Shown here: piece after piece, positions 10,581 through 20,181 of the stretch | Layout of the letters: the number at the start of each line of letters is the position of its first letter | How positions within the stretch are numbered: position 1 is the stretch's first letter | Source of the DNA: Planctomycetota bacterium | Lineage (GTDB): Bacteria; Planctomycetota; Phycisphaerae; WQYP01 | Reading direction: 5' to 3' | Assembly (NCBI GenBank): GCA_021808485.1 | Contig: JAKBBN010000005.1 | Coordinates: forward strand, 5,571-69,570 | DNA length: 64,000 bases | Program-made: the position numbers and the translations under genes | The notes under the pieces: model-generated | Told to the model about the DNA's origin: nothing | The model's input: only the letters and a program-made list of their open reading frames with translations | Databases searched by the model: none

Positions 10581-11141
10581 ATGGCAATTGACGAAATTTT
10601 ATTTGAAGCCGAAGAGAGCATGGAAAAAGCCATTGAACACCTTCGTCACGAATTGCGCGGCTTGCGCACCGGCCGGGCCAGCACTTCCCTGGTGGAATAT
10701 GTGAAGGTGGATTATTACGGCACCCCGACGGATTTGCGAGCCTTGGCGTCGCTGACCACTCCGGACGCCACTTCCATTGTAATCAAGCCGTTTGATCCGG
10801 GCAGCTTTAAGGATATTGTCAAAGGACTGGAGGCGGCCAACCTGGGGATCAATCCGATCAGCGACGGCAAACAGGTCCGCCTGATTCTTCCGCCCCTTTC
10901 CGGTGAACGCCGGCAGCAGCTGGTCACCAAGGTAAAAGAAGCCGCGGAGCAGTGCCGGGTGGCCATGAGAAACATACGCCGGGATGCCAATAAGCATGTC
11001 GACGCGCAGGAAAAAGAGTCGTCTTTGCCGGAAGACCAGCTTAAAGCGGCCCGCGATGATGTGCAGGACCTGCTCAAACGATTCGAACAATCAGTGGATG
11101 AAATTGTCACGGCCAAGCAGGGCGAAATTACGGCGCTATAG
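10581..11141 (+). CDS. frr: Ribosome recycling factor
   Basis: IRTGRASTSLVEYVKVDYYGTPTDLRALASL and VAMRNIRRDANK conserved RRF blocks; ATG chosen 7 nt after AGGAG. Confidence 0.92.
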   Translation: MAIDEILFEAEESMEKAIEHLRHELRGLRTGRASTSLVEYVKVDYYGTPTDLRALASLTTPDATSIVIKPFDPGSFKDIVKGLEAANLGINPISDGKQVRLILPPLSGERRQQLVTKVKEAAEQCRVAMRNIRRDANKHVDAQEKESSLPEDQLKAARDDVQDLLKRFEQSVDEIVTAKQGEITAL

Positions 11142-11182
11142 CGGCAGCCCGGTTCTGTCTTCCGCGCCGTGCGTTGCATGTT

Positions 11183-11404
11183 TTACCTGCCGTCCGGATT
11201 CGACGGCGATTCGAGTTCGTCATCATCGGACGGATCCAGCGGCCGTGAGGTGCTGTACTTTCCGTCAAGCCATTTTCCGAGGTCCAGCAGGTGGCATTTT
11301 TCCGAACAAAATGGAAACGCAGGCGAAGCGGCGGCGACGAACGTCATTTTGCAGATGGGGCATGTCGTCGCGGATGGCGATTCATTCGGATTTGCAGGCG
11401 CCAT
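11183..11404 (-). CDS. yacG: DNA gyrase inhibitor YacG (zinc-ribbon protein)
   Basis: CPICKMTF...PFCSEKCHLLDLGKWLDGKY matches the YacG CPxC...PFCSxRCxxIDLGxW signature; internal ATG start preferred to avoid overlap with rsmB. Confidence 0.7.
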   Translation of the reverse strand: MAPANPNESPSATTCPICKMTFVAAASPAFPFCSEKCHLLDLGKWLDGKYSTSRPLDPSDDDELESPSNPDGR

Positions 11405-11456
11405 GAGTTTTTCCGTTACGTGTCTGAAACAACCAGGAATATTGCCGCGTCCGCGC

Positions 11457-12848
11457 TTATCCGATTCGCCGCAGACCGCATGCGTAGCCGCCGTCACGGT
11501 TCATGGATGCCATGTCCGTGTGAGTGGGCAATGCCTTGAATTCGTCGGCCTTTTGCCAGGATTTTCCCGTTTGCGAGGCCAAAAACGCGTCTATAAGCAA
11601 ATTGTTTTCAGCGGGGTCAATGCTGCAAGTGCTGTAAACCATGACGCCTCCGGGCGCCGCCATTTCCGCGGCCTGCGTCAGCAATGCCAACTGGGTTTTC
11701 TGCATGGCGGGTACATCTAAAGACGGCCATCGCCATCTTGCCTGAACGCGGCGGGCCAGCACACCGGTATTGGAACACGGGACATCCACCAATACCGCAT
11801 CAAACTTCATTTTTTCCGTGAGCATGGAGGATTTTCGCGTCTCCACAGTGGTGACCTGCAGCTGCTGGGCACGGATCATCAACTGTTCAAGTTTGCCTTC
11901 GTCAATATCGGCGGCGATCAGTTTTCCCGTTGGCACGAGCCTGGCCAACTGCATCGCCTTGGTTCCCATGCCGGCGCAAAGATCAAGAATCACCGGGGCG
12001 GACGGGCCGGACTTTCCGTGCAGCAGGCATGCCAGCATGCCCGCCGCCTTTCCGGAGGTGGGGTCTTGCGGAGATAAAAATCCAAGGGCGATTTCCCGGG
12101 CCAGCGCGGGTGACCAGCCATGAATCGCAAGATAGTAACCTTTTTGTTTATGAGCCAGCAGGCCGAGCCCGGCGGGGGGCGTATATGCCGGATCGTCGGC
12201 ACGCACGGCGATAACCGGCCGGGCATTGTCCGCAATCAAAACAGGAACAACGGTCTTTACGTCCATCCAGGTGAACATGGACCGGACCAGCATTAGCGGA
12301 TGACTGATCGCCATGGCAAGGTGGCCGGGCAGATCGGCTTTTGGATCGGGGAATACCGGTTTAGCCAGGCGCACCTGGCGATGATAATCCAGTGGAAATG
12401 CATCGGCGGATAAATCGCCTCGATCCTCTATTTCCAGCATCAGCCGCTGGGCGGCACGAAGAACGGCGTTGATAAGGCCCCCGGCGCGAAGAGCCGGCGG
12501 ATAATGTTTGGCCAACTCCACAGTGGTATCAATTGCGGCGTAATCCGCAATTCCATCGCACATGAGAAGTTGATACATGCCCACAAGCAGCAGCGTCTGG
12601 ACGTGCGGATCCAAACGGTCGAACGGTCTGGTGAGCAATGACTGCGTGACGCACTGGAGCGTATTCCGCCACCGAATCACGCCGTGAATCAGATCAAAAG
12701 CAAGCGCCCGATCACTCGGCGAAAGCTTTTCCCATAGCGGTGCATCATGCTGCGGGATGATCGGTGGAGCGGCGATTTTACGCCACGCAAGTAGAATTTC
12801 GACGGCTCGGCCGCGGGCTGTGGTTCGCATGGCAGCATGATACTGCAA
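11457..12848 (-). CDS. rsmB: 16S rRNA (cytosine967-C5)-methyltransferase RsmB (NusB-like N-domain + NOL1/NOP2/Sun methyltransferase)
   Basis: NusB-like N-terminus, SAM-binding LDLCAGMGTKAMQLA, DAVLVDVPCSNTGV and catalytic PGGVMVYSTCS motifs. Confidence 0.88.
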   Translation of the reverse strand: MQYHAAMRTTARGRAVEILLAWRKIAAPPIIPQHDAPLWEKLSPSDRALAFDLIHGVIRWRNTLQCVTQSLLTRPFDRLDPHVQTLLLVGMYQLLMCDGIADYAAIDTTVELAKHYPPALRAGGLINAVLRAAQRLMLEIEDRGDLSADAFPLDYHRQVRLAKPVFPDPKADLPGHLAMAISHPLMLVRSMFTWMDVKTVVPVLIADNARPVIAVRADDPAYTPPAGLGLLAHKQKGYYLAIHGWSPALAREIALGFLSPQDPTSGKAAGMLACLLHGKSGPSAPVILDLCAGMGTKAMQLARLVPTGKLIAADIDEGKLEQLMIRAQQLQVTTVETRKSSMLTEKMKFDAVLVDVPCSNTGVLARRVQARWRWPSLDVPAMQKTQLALLTQAAEMAAPGGVMVYSTCSIDPAENNLLIDAFLASQTGKSWQKADEFKALPTHTDMASMNRDGGYACGLRRIG

Positions 12849-13020
12849 AATAAAAAAAAGTGGGAAGAGTTAGGCGCGGCTTCGCAAAATTACGTATTTC
12901 CGATGCCGGTTGGCCATACATAAATTTAACAGGCGGCGACGTTTTCCGGCGCGGGCGCCGTCCGCACGGGCGGCCGCTTATATCCGCGGACGCCGATTGG
13001 CTTGCCGGAAATAACGCGGA

Positions 13021-15864
13021 TCATTCCATCGTTAAAACGTGGCCGGCCTTAAGGGTCAGCGGTGAATTGAACATGATCTGTGTGAGGTTTGAATCCCGTT
13101 TCAGGGTGATAGATGTGGGTTTGTGATCAAGCGTTGCCGTTCGGAATGTCCCCTGCAGCTGCAGTTGTCGAAAGCCGATGGACCCGGATGCACAGCTCAA
13201 TTCCAACCGTTGTCCGATGCGCCGGATCGTGCCGAAGCCCGACGTCATGACCCAGGGTGCATGAAAATCACCGGGTATCTGCGGGGAAATCATCAGACTT
13301 TCGTTCGGCATATCCGGCTTGAATCCGGTGGCGGCCAGCAGTGTTGCCCAACTGCTCATTGGGCGCGAGTAATGATCGCCGCATTCCACATGATTCCACG
13401 GCATCCCGGCCCGCAGATACCGCTCATGAACGGCGTTCACCAGCCTTTGGCCGTCATCGTAACGGCCGTGATCCATCAGGAATGAAGCGAAGGCGAATTC
13501 AATGCCGGACCATACGCCCCCGGCCTGGAGATTTTCCAGCACCAGCAGGGATTTGCCGCCGCGTGGGGCCGAGGCGTTGCGCAAACCAGTGGCGCCGGAG
13601 AAGTTGTATTTCCAGATGCTGGCAAGAGCCGAGACCAAATGTTCCTTGGATATGCCGGTCGACAGACCCATCAGGTGGCTGAACCATATTCCGCTGATCT
13701 GGTCGCTCATGCACATTTCGTCGCGTTTATCGCCATCCACCCACAGACTGTAATACTGCCCGTTAAACAATAGTCGATCAAAGGACGCAACCGCCTTTTG
13801 CCGCAGGTTTTGCCAAGTTGCGGCCTGCCCGGCATCGCCGGCATAGCCGGCAATTTTGGCGGCCGCCGCCAACGCGCCGATCCAGAGCGAACAAATATAT
13901 GCGGGCGAGCCGCGCAGACCCCATTGGTCATAGGTCTGAAAGCCGCAGTCGGTATTTGGCAGGGCGTCGTTGTCATGAATCAGCGAAGCGGTAAATGCCA
14001 TCGCTTTTTTCACATGGGGCCACATGAAATCAAGATAGGTTTTGTCCGCGGTCCATAAATAATCGCGGAGCACCATCATGACAAATTGGGGGTTCATGTC
14101 CACGCGCCCCCAACCGCTTTGATCAATGTGATGAAAATCTCCATCATAATTGTGCGGTACCTGCCCGTTGGGTTTCTGGAACTGCAGCATGTGCCGCATC
14201 TGGCCCAACTTAAGCCCGGGAAACAGTGCGACAATCGGGAAACTTGCGTCAAATTCAACATCCATGGTGCTCTGGCCGCAGCAACCAAGCCCTTCCCAAA
14301 TCGAATAGTTCCCGGCTTTATCCCACCAGGTGTTGGTGACTGCGGTTCCCAGGTGACTGGACCAGGCAAATGCCATCGGCGCGCCCAGGGAAGTGGCCGC
14401 CAGCGTGCGGGCGAAACTCCGGGTATGGTGGCGGTGTTGGGCGTAGTTGCCCACCATGAACTCGCCGACCTGCTGGGCATCGGCAAACCAGTTGTCATAG
14501 TTGTGGCCCATGTCCCGGCCGTATTTGCTGAAATGGTGCGGAAAGTGCCAGGCCAGCGTAAAGCGAATTTCCTTTTTCGCGCCGGGCGGAAGTTCCAGTT
14601 CCGCACAAAGCGCTCCACTTCCCCATGTGGAGTGCGAACGGTCCACCCCGGCCAGGCGGGTAAGGTTGTTCGCAATCTCCAGCAGAATTTCGCGCTTACC
14701 CGCAAGAGTGGCCATGGTTTTGGGGCCGGTGATTCGGGCGTCGCTGATAATCCGCCCCAGAAGCGCATCGCGCGACAGCACGGCCAGCCAGTGATCCGCC
14801 TCGCTCTGCGTCAGCTGCCGGATCTGCGCGTCAATCAAGGTGAAAGTCTGCGAAGGGTCCTGTTCGGCGGAAGAATTAGGCAGCGAACCCGTGTTAAAAA
14901 ACTGCTGCAGCAGATCCACAAGCATCCAATTGAGCCGCGGCGTATTCCAGTTAAAAGGTCCCGCGGCAGTGTACTGTGGAAAAGTGCCGCAAATCCAGGA
15001 GCATCGTCTTGTTGGATCCGTCTGATCGCTGTGCAAGGAAAGGCAAAGGCTGCCGATGGTCGTTTTATCTTCGCCTCCGGCATCGGTGCGCATCAGCAGG
15101 TTCGCTCCGCCGGGCATATGCTGGATGGCGTTGTGGAGCCGGCGCTGCGGCCGGCCGGCCGCCAGTGGATTATCCAAAAGTGACAGCAGGCTGACGGTGA
15201 CCGGGCTGTGCGATCGGTTATCAAGAGTGAAAGTAAAATTAAAGCCGGGCGTGCCGCTGGTGCGTGCGTTGCCGGGGAAGAACGGAGAAAATGCCTCCGC
15301 ACTGATCCGTACCGGCAGTGAATCGTCCACATAACGCAGGCTTGTCATGGGGAACCAGGCGTCATATTCAATCGCTTGAACATCCTGCACATAACCCAGG
15401 GAGTACAGGTTGTTTTCATGCGGTCGCAGATACAGACGGCGCATTTGCGTATCTCTGGGGTTTCCATTGGCCGTGCGCAGCATGAACTGCAGGCTCTGCG
15501 GTCCCATCGGGGGTTGACCGGACTGACCGGCCGGCAACTGCCCGGCCCAGGCGCCGGCGTTGAAAATAAGCCAATCGTAAAAACAGCCGTCCGGGCGGAT
15601 ATCCACATATCCGGTTCCAATGCCGCCCAGCGGCGACCCGGAGGCGGTGGCAATCGTTTGCGAGATACGAACTATTTCCGAGTCAGCCGCCGGTTTTGTG
15701 GATGGCGCCGGAGCGTGATCGGTCTCAAGCCGGACCCGGTGGGGGGGCATTACTTTTGCCGGCGTTTGCGGCGATTGAACCACCGCGGCCGCCACAGCGG
15801 CGGAGGCAGCCTGCACAAAGCTGCGGCGCGAGAATCCGGCATATGATGATTCTTCTGGCGACAT
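13021..15864 (-). CDS. Secreted glycoside hydrolase, GH116-like (GBA2-type beta-glucosidase/glucosylceramidase fold) with TAT signal peptide
   Basis: SRRSFVQAASAAVAAA twin-arginine signal; N-terminal GIGTGYVDIRPDGCFYDWLIFN block typical of the GH116 N-domain followed by a large (alpha/alpha)6-type domain; ATG start with AAGAGGA RBS. Confidence 0.6.
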   Translation of the reverse strand: MSPEESSYAGFSRRSFVQAASAAVAAAVVQSPQTPAKVMPPHRVRLETDHAPAPSTKPAADSEIVRISQTIATASGSPLGGIGTGYVDIRPDGCFYDWLIFNAGAWAGQLPAGQSGQPPMGPQSLQFMLRTANGNPRDTQMRRLYLRPHENNLYSLGYVQDVQAIEYDAWFPMTSLRYVDDSLPVRISAEAFSPFFPGNARTSGTPGFNFTFTLDNRSHSPVTVSLLSLLDNPLAAGRPQRRLHNAIQHMPGGANLLMRTDAGGEDKTTIGSLCLSLHSDQTDPTRRCSWICGTFPQYTAAGPFNWNTPRLNWMLVDLLQQFFNTGSLPNSSAEQDPSQTFTLIDAQIRQLTQSEADHWLAVLSRDALLGRIISDARITGPKTMATLAGKREILLEIANNLTRLAGVDRSHSTWGSGALCAELELPPGAKKEIRFTLAWHFPHHFSKYGRDMGHNYDNWFADAQQVGEFMVGNYAQHRHHTRSFARTLAATSLGAPMAFAWSSHLGTAVTNTWWDKAGNYSIWEGLGCCGQSTMDVEFDASFPIVALFPGLKLGQMRHMLQFQKPNGQVPHNYDGDFHHIDQSGWGRVDMNPQFVMMVLRDYLWTADKTYLDFMWPHVKKAMAFTASLIHDNDALPNTDCGFQTYDQWGLRGSPAYICSLWIGALAAAAKIAGYAGDAGQAATWQNLRQKAVASFDRLLFNGQYYSLWVDGDKRDEMCMSDQISGIWFSHLMGLSTGISKEHLVSALASIWKYNFSGATGLRNASAPRGGKSLLVLENLQAGGVWSGIEFAFASFLMDHGRYDDGQRLVNAVHERYLRAGMPWNHVECGDHYSRPMSSWATLLAATGFKPDMPNESLMISPQIPGDFHAPWVMTSGFGTIRRIGQRLELSCASGSIGFRQLQLQGTFRTATLDHKPTSITLKRDSNLTQIMFNSPLTLKAGHVLTME

Positions 15865-16086
15865 GTCATTCCTCTTTCCGGACCCGGCGGACGGTCCAGT
15901 GATGAAGCGGTGAATTCGACGCCGCCGCAGACCGTTTACAACGCCCCGGAGAAAGATCGCGGCACCGCACGTCACTGGAATCTATCGTACAATAATGAAG
16001 TGCCGATGAAAATACCCGTCGGACCCGGACCGCGGCAGGGCAATCGGCGGCGATGTCAAAAAGCCGTGTTTGCGTTATGATGCGAC

Positions 16087-17313
16087 TTGGAGATTTGTGC
16101 AATGGAAACGCTGCAAAAAGGCGCTCAAATACCGCTGGAAATCGTAACCCCCGCTTTATCGCCGGAGAATCCGGATATTCTTACCTCGGTGGAGGCGCTG
16201 GCCGCGGCGCTGCCCGGCATAGACCCTTCGCGGCTGAATCAGATGACGTCTATTGCCGCCAAATACAGCTTCCGGCTGCCGCGGTTCTACGTGGAAAATA
16301 TTCTTACTCGTGCGGCGGACGACCCGTTGTGGGAACTGGTTCTGCCCAATGATGGCGAACTCTACGACAGCGGCACCGAACGATGGGACGCCTTTCAGCT
16401 TGCGGACAAGGTGGTGGACCATCCGCGATGGATTCAGAAATACCGGTATGAAAGTCTGCTGCGTGTGACGGATTATTGCAGCGGCTTGTGCCGCTACTGT
16501 TATCTTAAGAACCGCGATGTCACGCCGGGCACCATCACCCACGCGGAAATTGACAACATGTTTGACATGGCGGAGCGATCCGCCGGGCTGGGCGATCTAA
16601 GGGAAATTATTCTCAGCGGCGGCGACCCGCTGGCGGTCGGCGCGGGTGTTATCAGCCATTTGGCGCAGCGGTTGCGGCGGCTGAATCAGCGCGTCGGCAG
16701 GCGGATTACCGTCTGCATTCATACGCGTGAACCGGTATGGTATCCGCAGCGTCTGCTGCGCAGCACCGCGATGCAGCAGGCTGTTACCGAACTCGCGCCG
16801 AGTTCTTATATTCTTCATGTGGTTCATCCACGGGAGGTCACCCCCGCGTTGCTGGAATCACTGGACATGCTGGTGCACTTGACCCCGGCCCGCCCGCCGC
16901 TGCTGATGACGCAGCACCCGCTTTTCCGCGGCATCAACAATGACGCCGGTGTGATCACGCAAATGTACGACCTGCTGGATTCCGGCCGCGTGACGGTCAT
17001 GCCGTATTATCTTATTCATCCATTTCCCGACGGTACGCTCCCGCAGCATCGCCTGACGTTGCCGGAAAGTCAGGGTATTTTGCGCGGCCTGGCTTCGGCG
17101 CCGGGCACGCGTGTTCCCCTGCTGACGATTCCCACACCGATGGGCAAATGTGTGATCGGCCCGTATGAACAGCTCGTTGACCGCGGCGGTTATTACCTGC
17201 TGCACACAAAAGACGGTGTGCCTGTTCACTATTCGATCGGGGAACGATATAACCCCGAGGAAATTCGGCAGGCTATCCCTGTCGTTAAGGATGTGACGGC
17301 CGATGCCCGCTGA
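16087..17313 (+). CDS. KamA-family radical SAM protein (lysine 2,3-aminomutase-like)
   Basis: CSGLCRYCYLKNR CxxxCxxC cluster in the KamA/EpmB arrangement, GGDPL motif, ~400 aa. Confidence 0.75.
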   Translation: MEICAMETLQKGAQIPLEIVTPALSPENPDILTSVEALAAALPGIDPSRLNQMTSIAAKYSFRLPRFYVENILTRAADDPLWELVLPNDGELYDSGTERWDAFQLADKVVDHPRWIQKYRYESLLRVTDYCSGLCRYCYLKNRDVTPGTITHAEIDNMFDMAERSAGLGDLREIILSGGDPLAVGAGVISHLAQRLRRLNQRVGRRITVCIHTREPVWYPQRLLRSTAMQQAVTELAPSSYILHVVHPREVTPALLESLDMLVHLTPARPPLLMTQHPLFRGINNDAGVITQMYDLLDSGRVTVMPYYLIHPFPDGTLPQHRLTLPESQGILRGLASAPGTRVPLLTIPTPMGKCVIGPYEQLVDRGGYYLLHTKDGVPVHYSIGERYNPEEIRQAIPVVKDVTADAR

Positions 17314-17410
17314 GCCTGTGTAACGCATCAGGCCGGCGGACTGGCATGGTCTTAATAACCCGCCTATATTTCCGATTTGTACAATCGATGTCGGCGTTCA
17401 GGAAACATGC

Positions 17411-19366
17411 GTGAACCAAAAGCAAAACAGACGTATACCGCGATGGTGGAACTGGGAAGATATCCTTCTGATTCTGCTGCTGGCGTGCACACTTTATTTT
17501 CCCGGCATCGGCCGGATTTCGCTGTTTGACCGTGACGAGCCGCGTTTCGCCGAGGCCGCCCGGGAAATGCTTAACAGCGGCAATTTTATTGTCCCCCGCT
17601 TTGACGGTGTGCTGCGGCCGGACAAGCCGCCGGTCATCTATTGGCTGATGGATATCAGCTACAAAATTTTCGGCGTAAGCACAATGGCGGCCCGTCTGCC
17701 GAGTGTGATATTTGGATCTTTAACACTGCTGCTGGTGTATTGGATGGCCGGCCGGCGATTCGGCCGACTCACCGGTCTCCTGGCGGCGATGATGCTGGCG
17801 GTGTCGGCGCTCTTTTTTGCGGAAACCCGCCTGGCGACGGCCGATTCCGTCATGATTTTTTTCACAACCCTGACCATGGGCTGCCTGTGGTCCGCATGGG
17901 ATGCCTGGAATGCATCGCGAGCCAATACCATGCCGCACCCACAGGTGCATAACCTGGCCAATGTTGAGAACGGCTCGCTGCTCAATGAGTATCCGATTGC
18001 GGGCGGCGGCGGCTTTTCGTGGGAAATGGCCGGTCTATTCTGGGCGGCAATGGCCGGCGGCATCCTGACCAAGGGTGTTACGCCGATTTTTGTAATTTGC
18101 ACCGTGCTGGCCCTCGGGCTGTTTACCGGCGGCTTGCCCGCCGCCTGGCGGCAAACCGGAATAAAACGCCTGCCGACGGCGCTGCCCCGGCTGTTTGCCG
18201 CCGCGATTTTCAAGGGCAACTGGGGCTGGTGCAAAAAACTTCGACCCCTGCGAGGCTTGGCGCTGCTGGCGGTTTTGATCTGTCCGTGGTTTGCGGCCGC
18301 GTGGATTGAAACCAGAGGCAAATTGATTGCGGAAATGCTGAATCAGAATCTGGTACAGCGCACAACCTCCGGCCTGCAGCACCATGGCGCCCCGCCCGGG
18401 TTTTATCTGGCGGTGATATGGGCCACGTTCTGGCCATGGAGCGTGCTGTTGGTGCCGGCGGGGTATCATTTGTTGCGCCGCGCCCGCGGCCGCACGCCAA
18501 TTATTCTGGATCGTACCGCCTATCAGTTTTTGCTCGCATGGATCGTACCGGCGTGGCTTGTGTTTGAATTGATCGTCACCAAGATGGTGCAATATGTTCT
18601 GCCTCTGTTTATTCCGCTTGCCATTATCTGTGCGGATACGCTGGTGCAAAGCTGGCATCGCATGACGGATGTGCTTAACGCCGGATGGTTTGCGGGCGCC
18701 CGATGGGTGTGGATGATCATCTGGATAATTCTGGGCGGAGGGCTGCTTCTGGCCACGTGGAAATGGCTGGCGCCCGCGGATGGCATGGAATTCCGCCTGA
18801 TCGTGCCTACCGGGGCTGCATTAATGGCCGTGGGTGTGGCGGGAGCCATGAGCTGGAATCGGCCGGCGTGGCCGTTTGTGACGGTGTTCACATTTGCCAT
18901 CGCCCTGTTGCTGGCGGATACCGTGTCCCTTCCGGCGGTGCGGCAACTGGATATCAGCAGGCGTGCGGGCATGGATATGCGGTTGCTGGCCCAGCGCGGC
19001 TATCATCTGGCGGCGGCCGGATACATTGAACCGACGCTTGTATTTTACTCCGGTGGAAATATCCAGCTGTTCGGCGGCGGCCCGCCGCTGGCGACAAAGG
19101 TTCCGTTCGCATCGCCGGGCCATCCTTTGGCTCCCAATGCCCTGAAATATGCCGTTGTGGTGAATCGCCGTACGCTGGCATGGCTGAAGCGGCATCATTT
19201 CGTTTTCTATCTGCATACCTGGTTTTCAGGAATTCAGGCCGCACGCGGCCGGTTTGTATGCATCAGTGTCATTACCAATGTTCCCCGCGGCCTTCCTGCC
19301 GGGAATTCAGTGCGGACACGACCGGGAACAGCGCCGCGGCAGGGCGGTCGCCACGCCGCTGGTTAA
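17411..19366 (+). CDS. Polytopic membrane glycosyltransferase, GT39/GT83 (PMT/ArnT-like) family
   Basis: Many TM helices, first periplasmic loop DRDEPRFAEAAREM (DExRYAE-type motif of ArnT/PMT), YWLM...; GTG start after AGGAAA. Confidence 0.75.
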   Translation: MNQKQNRRIPRWWNWEDILLILLLACTLYFPGIGRISLFDRDEPRFAEAAREMLNSGNFIVPRFDGVLRPDKPPVIYWLMDISYKIFGVSTMAARLPSVIFGSLTLLLVYWMAGRRFGRLTGLLAAMMLAVSALFFAETRLATADSVMIFFTTLTMGCLWSAWDAWNASRANTMPHPQVHNLANVENGSLLNEYPIAGGGGFSWEMAGLFWAAMAGGILTKGVTPIFVICTVLALGLFTGGLPAAWRQTGIKRLPTALPRLFAAAIFKGNWGWCKKLRPLRGLALLAVLICPWFAAAWIETRGKLIAEMLNQNLVQRTTSGLQHHGAPPGFYLAVIWATFWPWSVLLVPAGYHLLRRARGRTPIILDRTAYQFLLAWIVPAWLVFELIVTKMVQYVLPLFIPLAIICADTLVQSWHRMTDVLNAGWFAGARWVWMIIWIILGGGLLLATWKWLAPADGMEFRLIVPTGAALMAVGVAGAMSWNRPAWPFVTVFTFAIALLLADTVSLPAVRQLDISRRAGMDMRLLAQRGYHLAAAGYIEPTLVFYSGGNIQLFGGGPPLATKVPFASPGHPLAPNALKYAVVVNRRTLAWLKRHHFVFYLHTWFSGIQAARGRFVCISVITNVPRGLPAGNSVRTRPGTAPRQGGRHAAG

Positions 19367-19407
19367 CAGCGTCCGGCGAATATTGGCGGGTAATGGCCGC
19401 AGCGCCT

Positions 19408-20181
19408 ATGATGCTGGCAATGATTGAAAACAACGGGCCAAAACAAAATGCAATTGTTGTCCGCCAAGTCTGCAAGACATTTCCGCAGGGAACGGGCAGA
19501 ATCAGCGCCTTGGATGGCGTTACTATTGACGTTGCACCGGGAGAATTTGTGGCCATTATGGGGGCCAGCGGATCGGGTAAATCCACCCTGTTGCATTTGT
19601 GCGCCATGCTCGAAAAACCGGACAGCGGCAATATTCGGATAGCGGGACAAACTCTGGAAAATTTATCGGAGAAACAGGCGGTGGAATTCCGCCGCCGGAC
19701 GGTGGGCGTCATCTTTCAGCAGTTTAACCTTATTCCATCGCTTACCGTGGAGGAGAATATTTTGCTGCCCGTTCGGTTGGCCGGCCATTGCGGAAAGCCG
19801 GAGACGGACTGGAGCAATGAATTAATTGACCGGCTGGGACTTTCGACACGCCGCCGCAACCGGCCGGACGCGTTATCCGGAGGCGAGCAGCAGCGCACCG
19901 CCATTGCCCGGGCGCTGGTGATGCGGCCGCCGGTGATTCTTGCGGATGAGCCAACCGGCAATCTTGATTCCGCCAACGCGGGGCATTTCTGGAAATTGCT
20001 GGCCGGTGTGCTGCCCGCAGTGCAGGCTACCGTTCTGCTGGTGACCCATGAACCGACCGCGGCCATGCAGGCCCGGCGCGTGGTTGTATTGCGCGACGGC
20101 CGGGCCGCGGGCGAATTTTTCGTTCAGGATGTGCAACATGCAACTGCTTTGGCAGCTCGCTATCAGGAACTGGCGCATTAA
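19408..20181 (+). CDS. ABC transporter ATP-binding protein (YbbA/LolD-like)
   Basis: Walker A GASGSGKST, Q-loop, signature LSGGEQQRTAIARAL, Walker B ILADEPTGNLD; the ORF's 5' extension overlaps the upstream gene so an internal ATG (19393-19420) is the likely start. Confidence 0.85.
   Translation: MMLAMIENNGPKQNAIVVRQVCKTFPQGTGRISALDGVTIDVAPGEFVAIMGASGSGKSTLLHLCAMLEKPDSGNIRIAGQTLENLSEKQAVEFRRRTVGVIFQQFNLIPSLTVEENILLPVRLAGHCGKPETDWSNELIDRLGLSTRRRNRPDALSGGEQQRTAIARALVMRPPVILADEPTGNLDSANAGHFWKLLAGVLPAVQATVLLVTHEPTAAMQARRVVVLRDGRAAGEFFVQDVQHATALAARYQELAH

Noticed and set aside
19180-19392. 5' extension of the ABC ATPase ORF starting at 19180
   Set aside because: It overlaps the last 190 nt of the glycosyltransferase gene in another frame. 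It adds a non-conserved Cys/Arg-rich N-terminus. Homology to YbbA/LolD begins near 19420.
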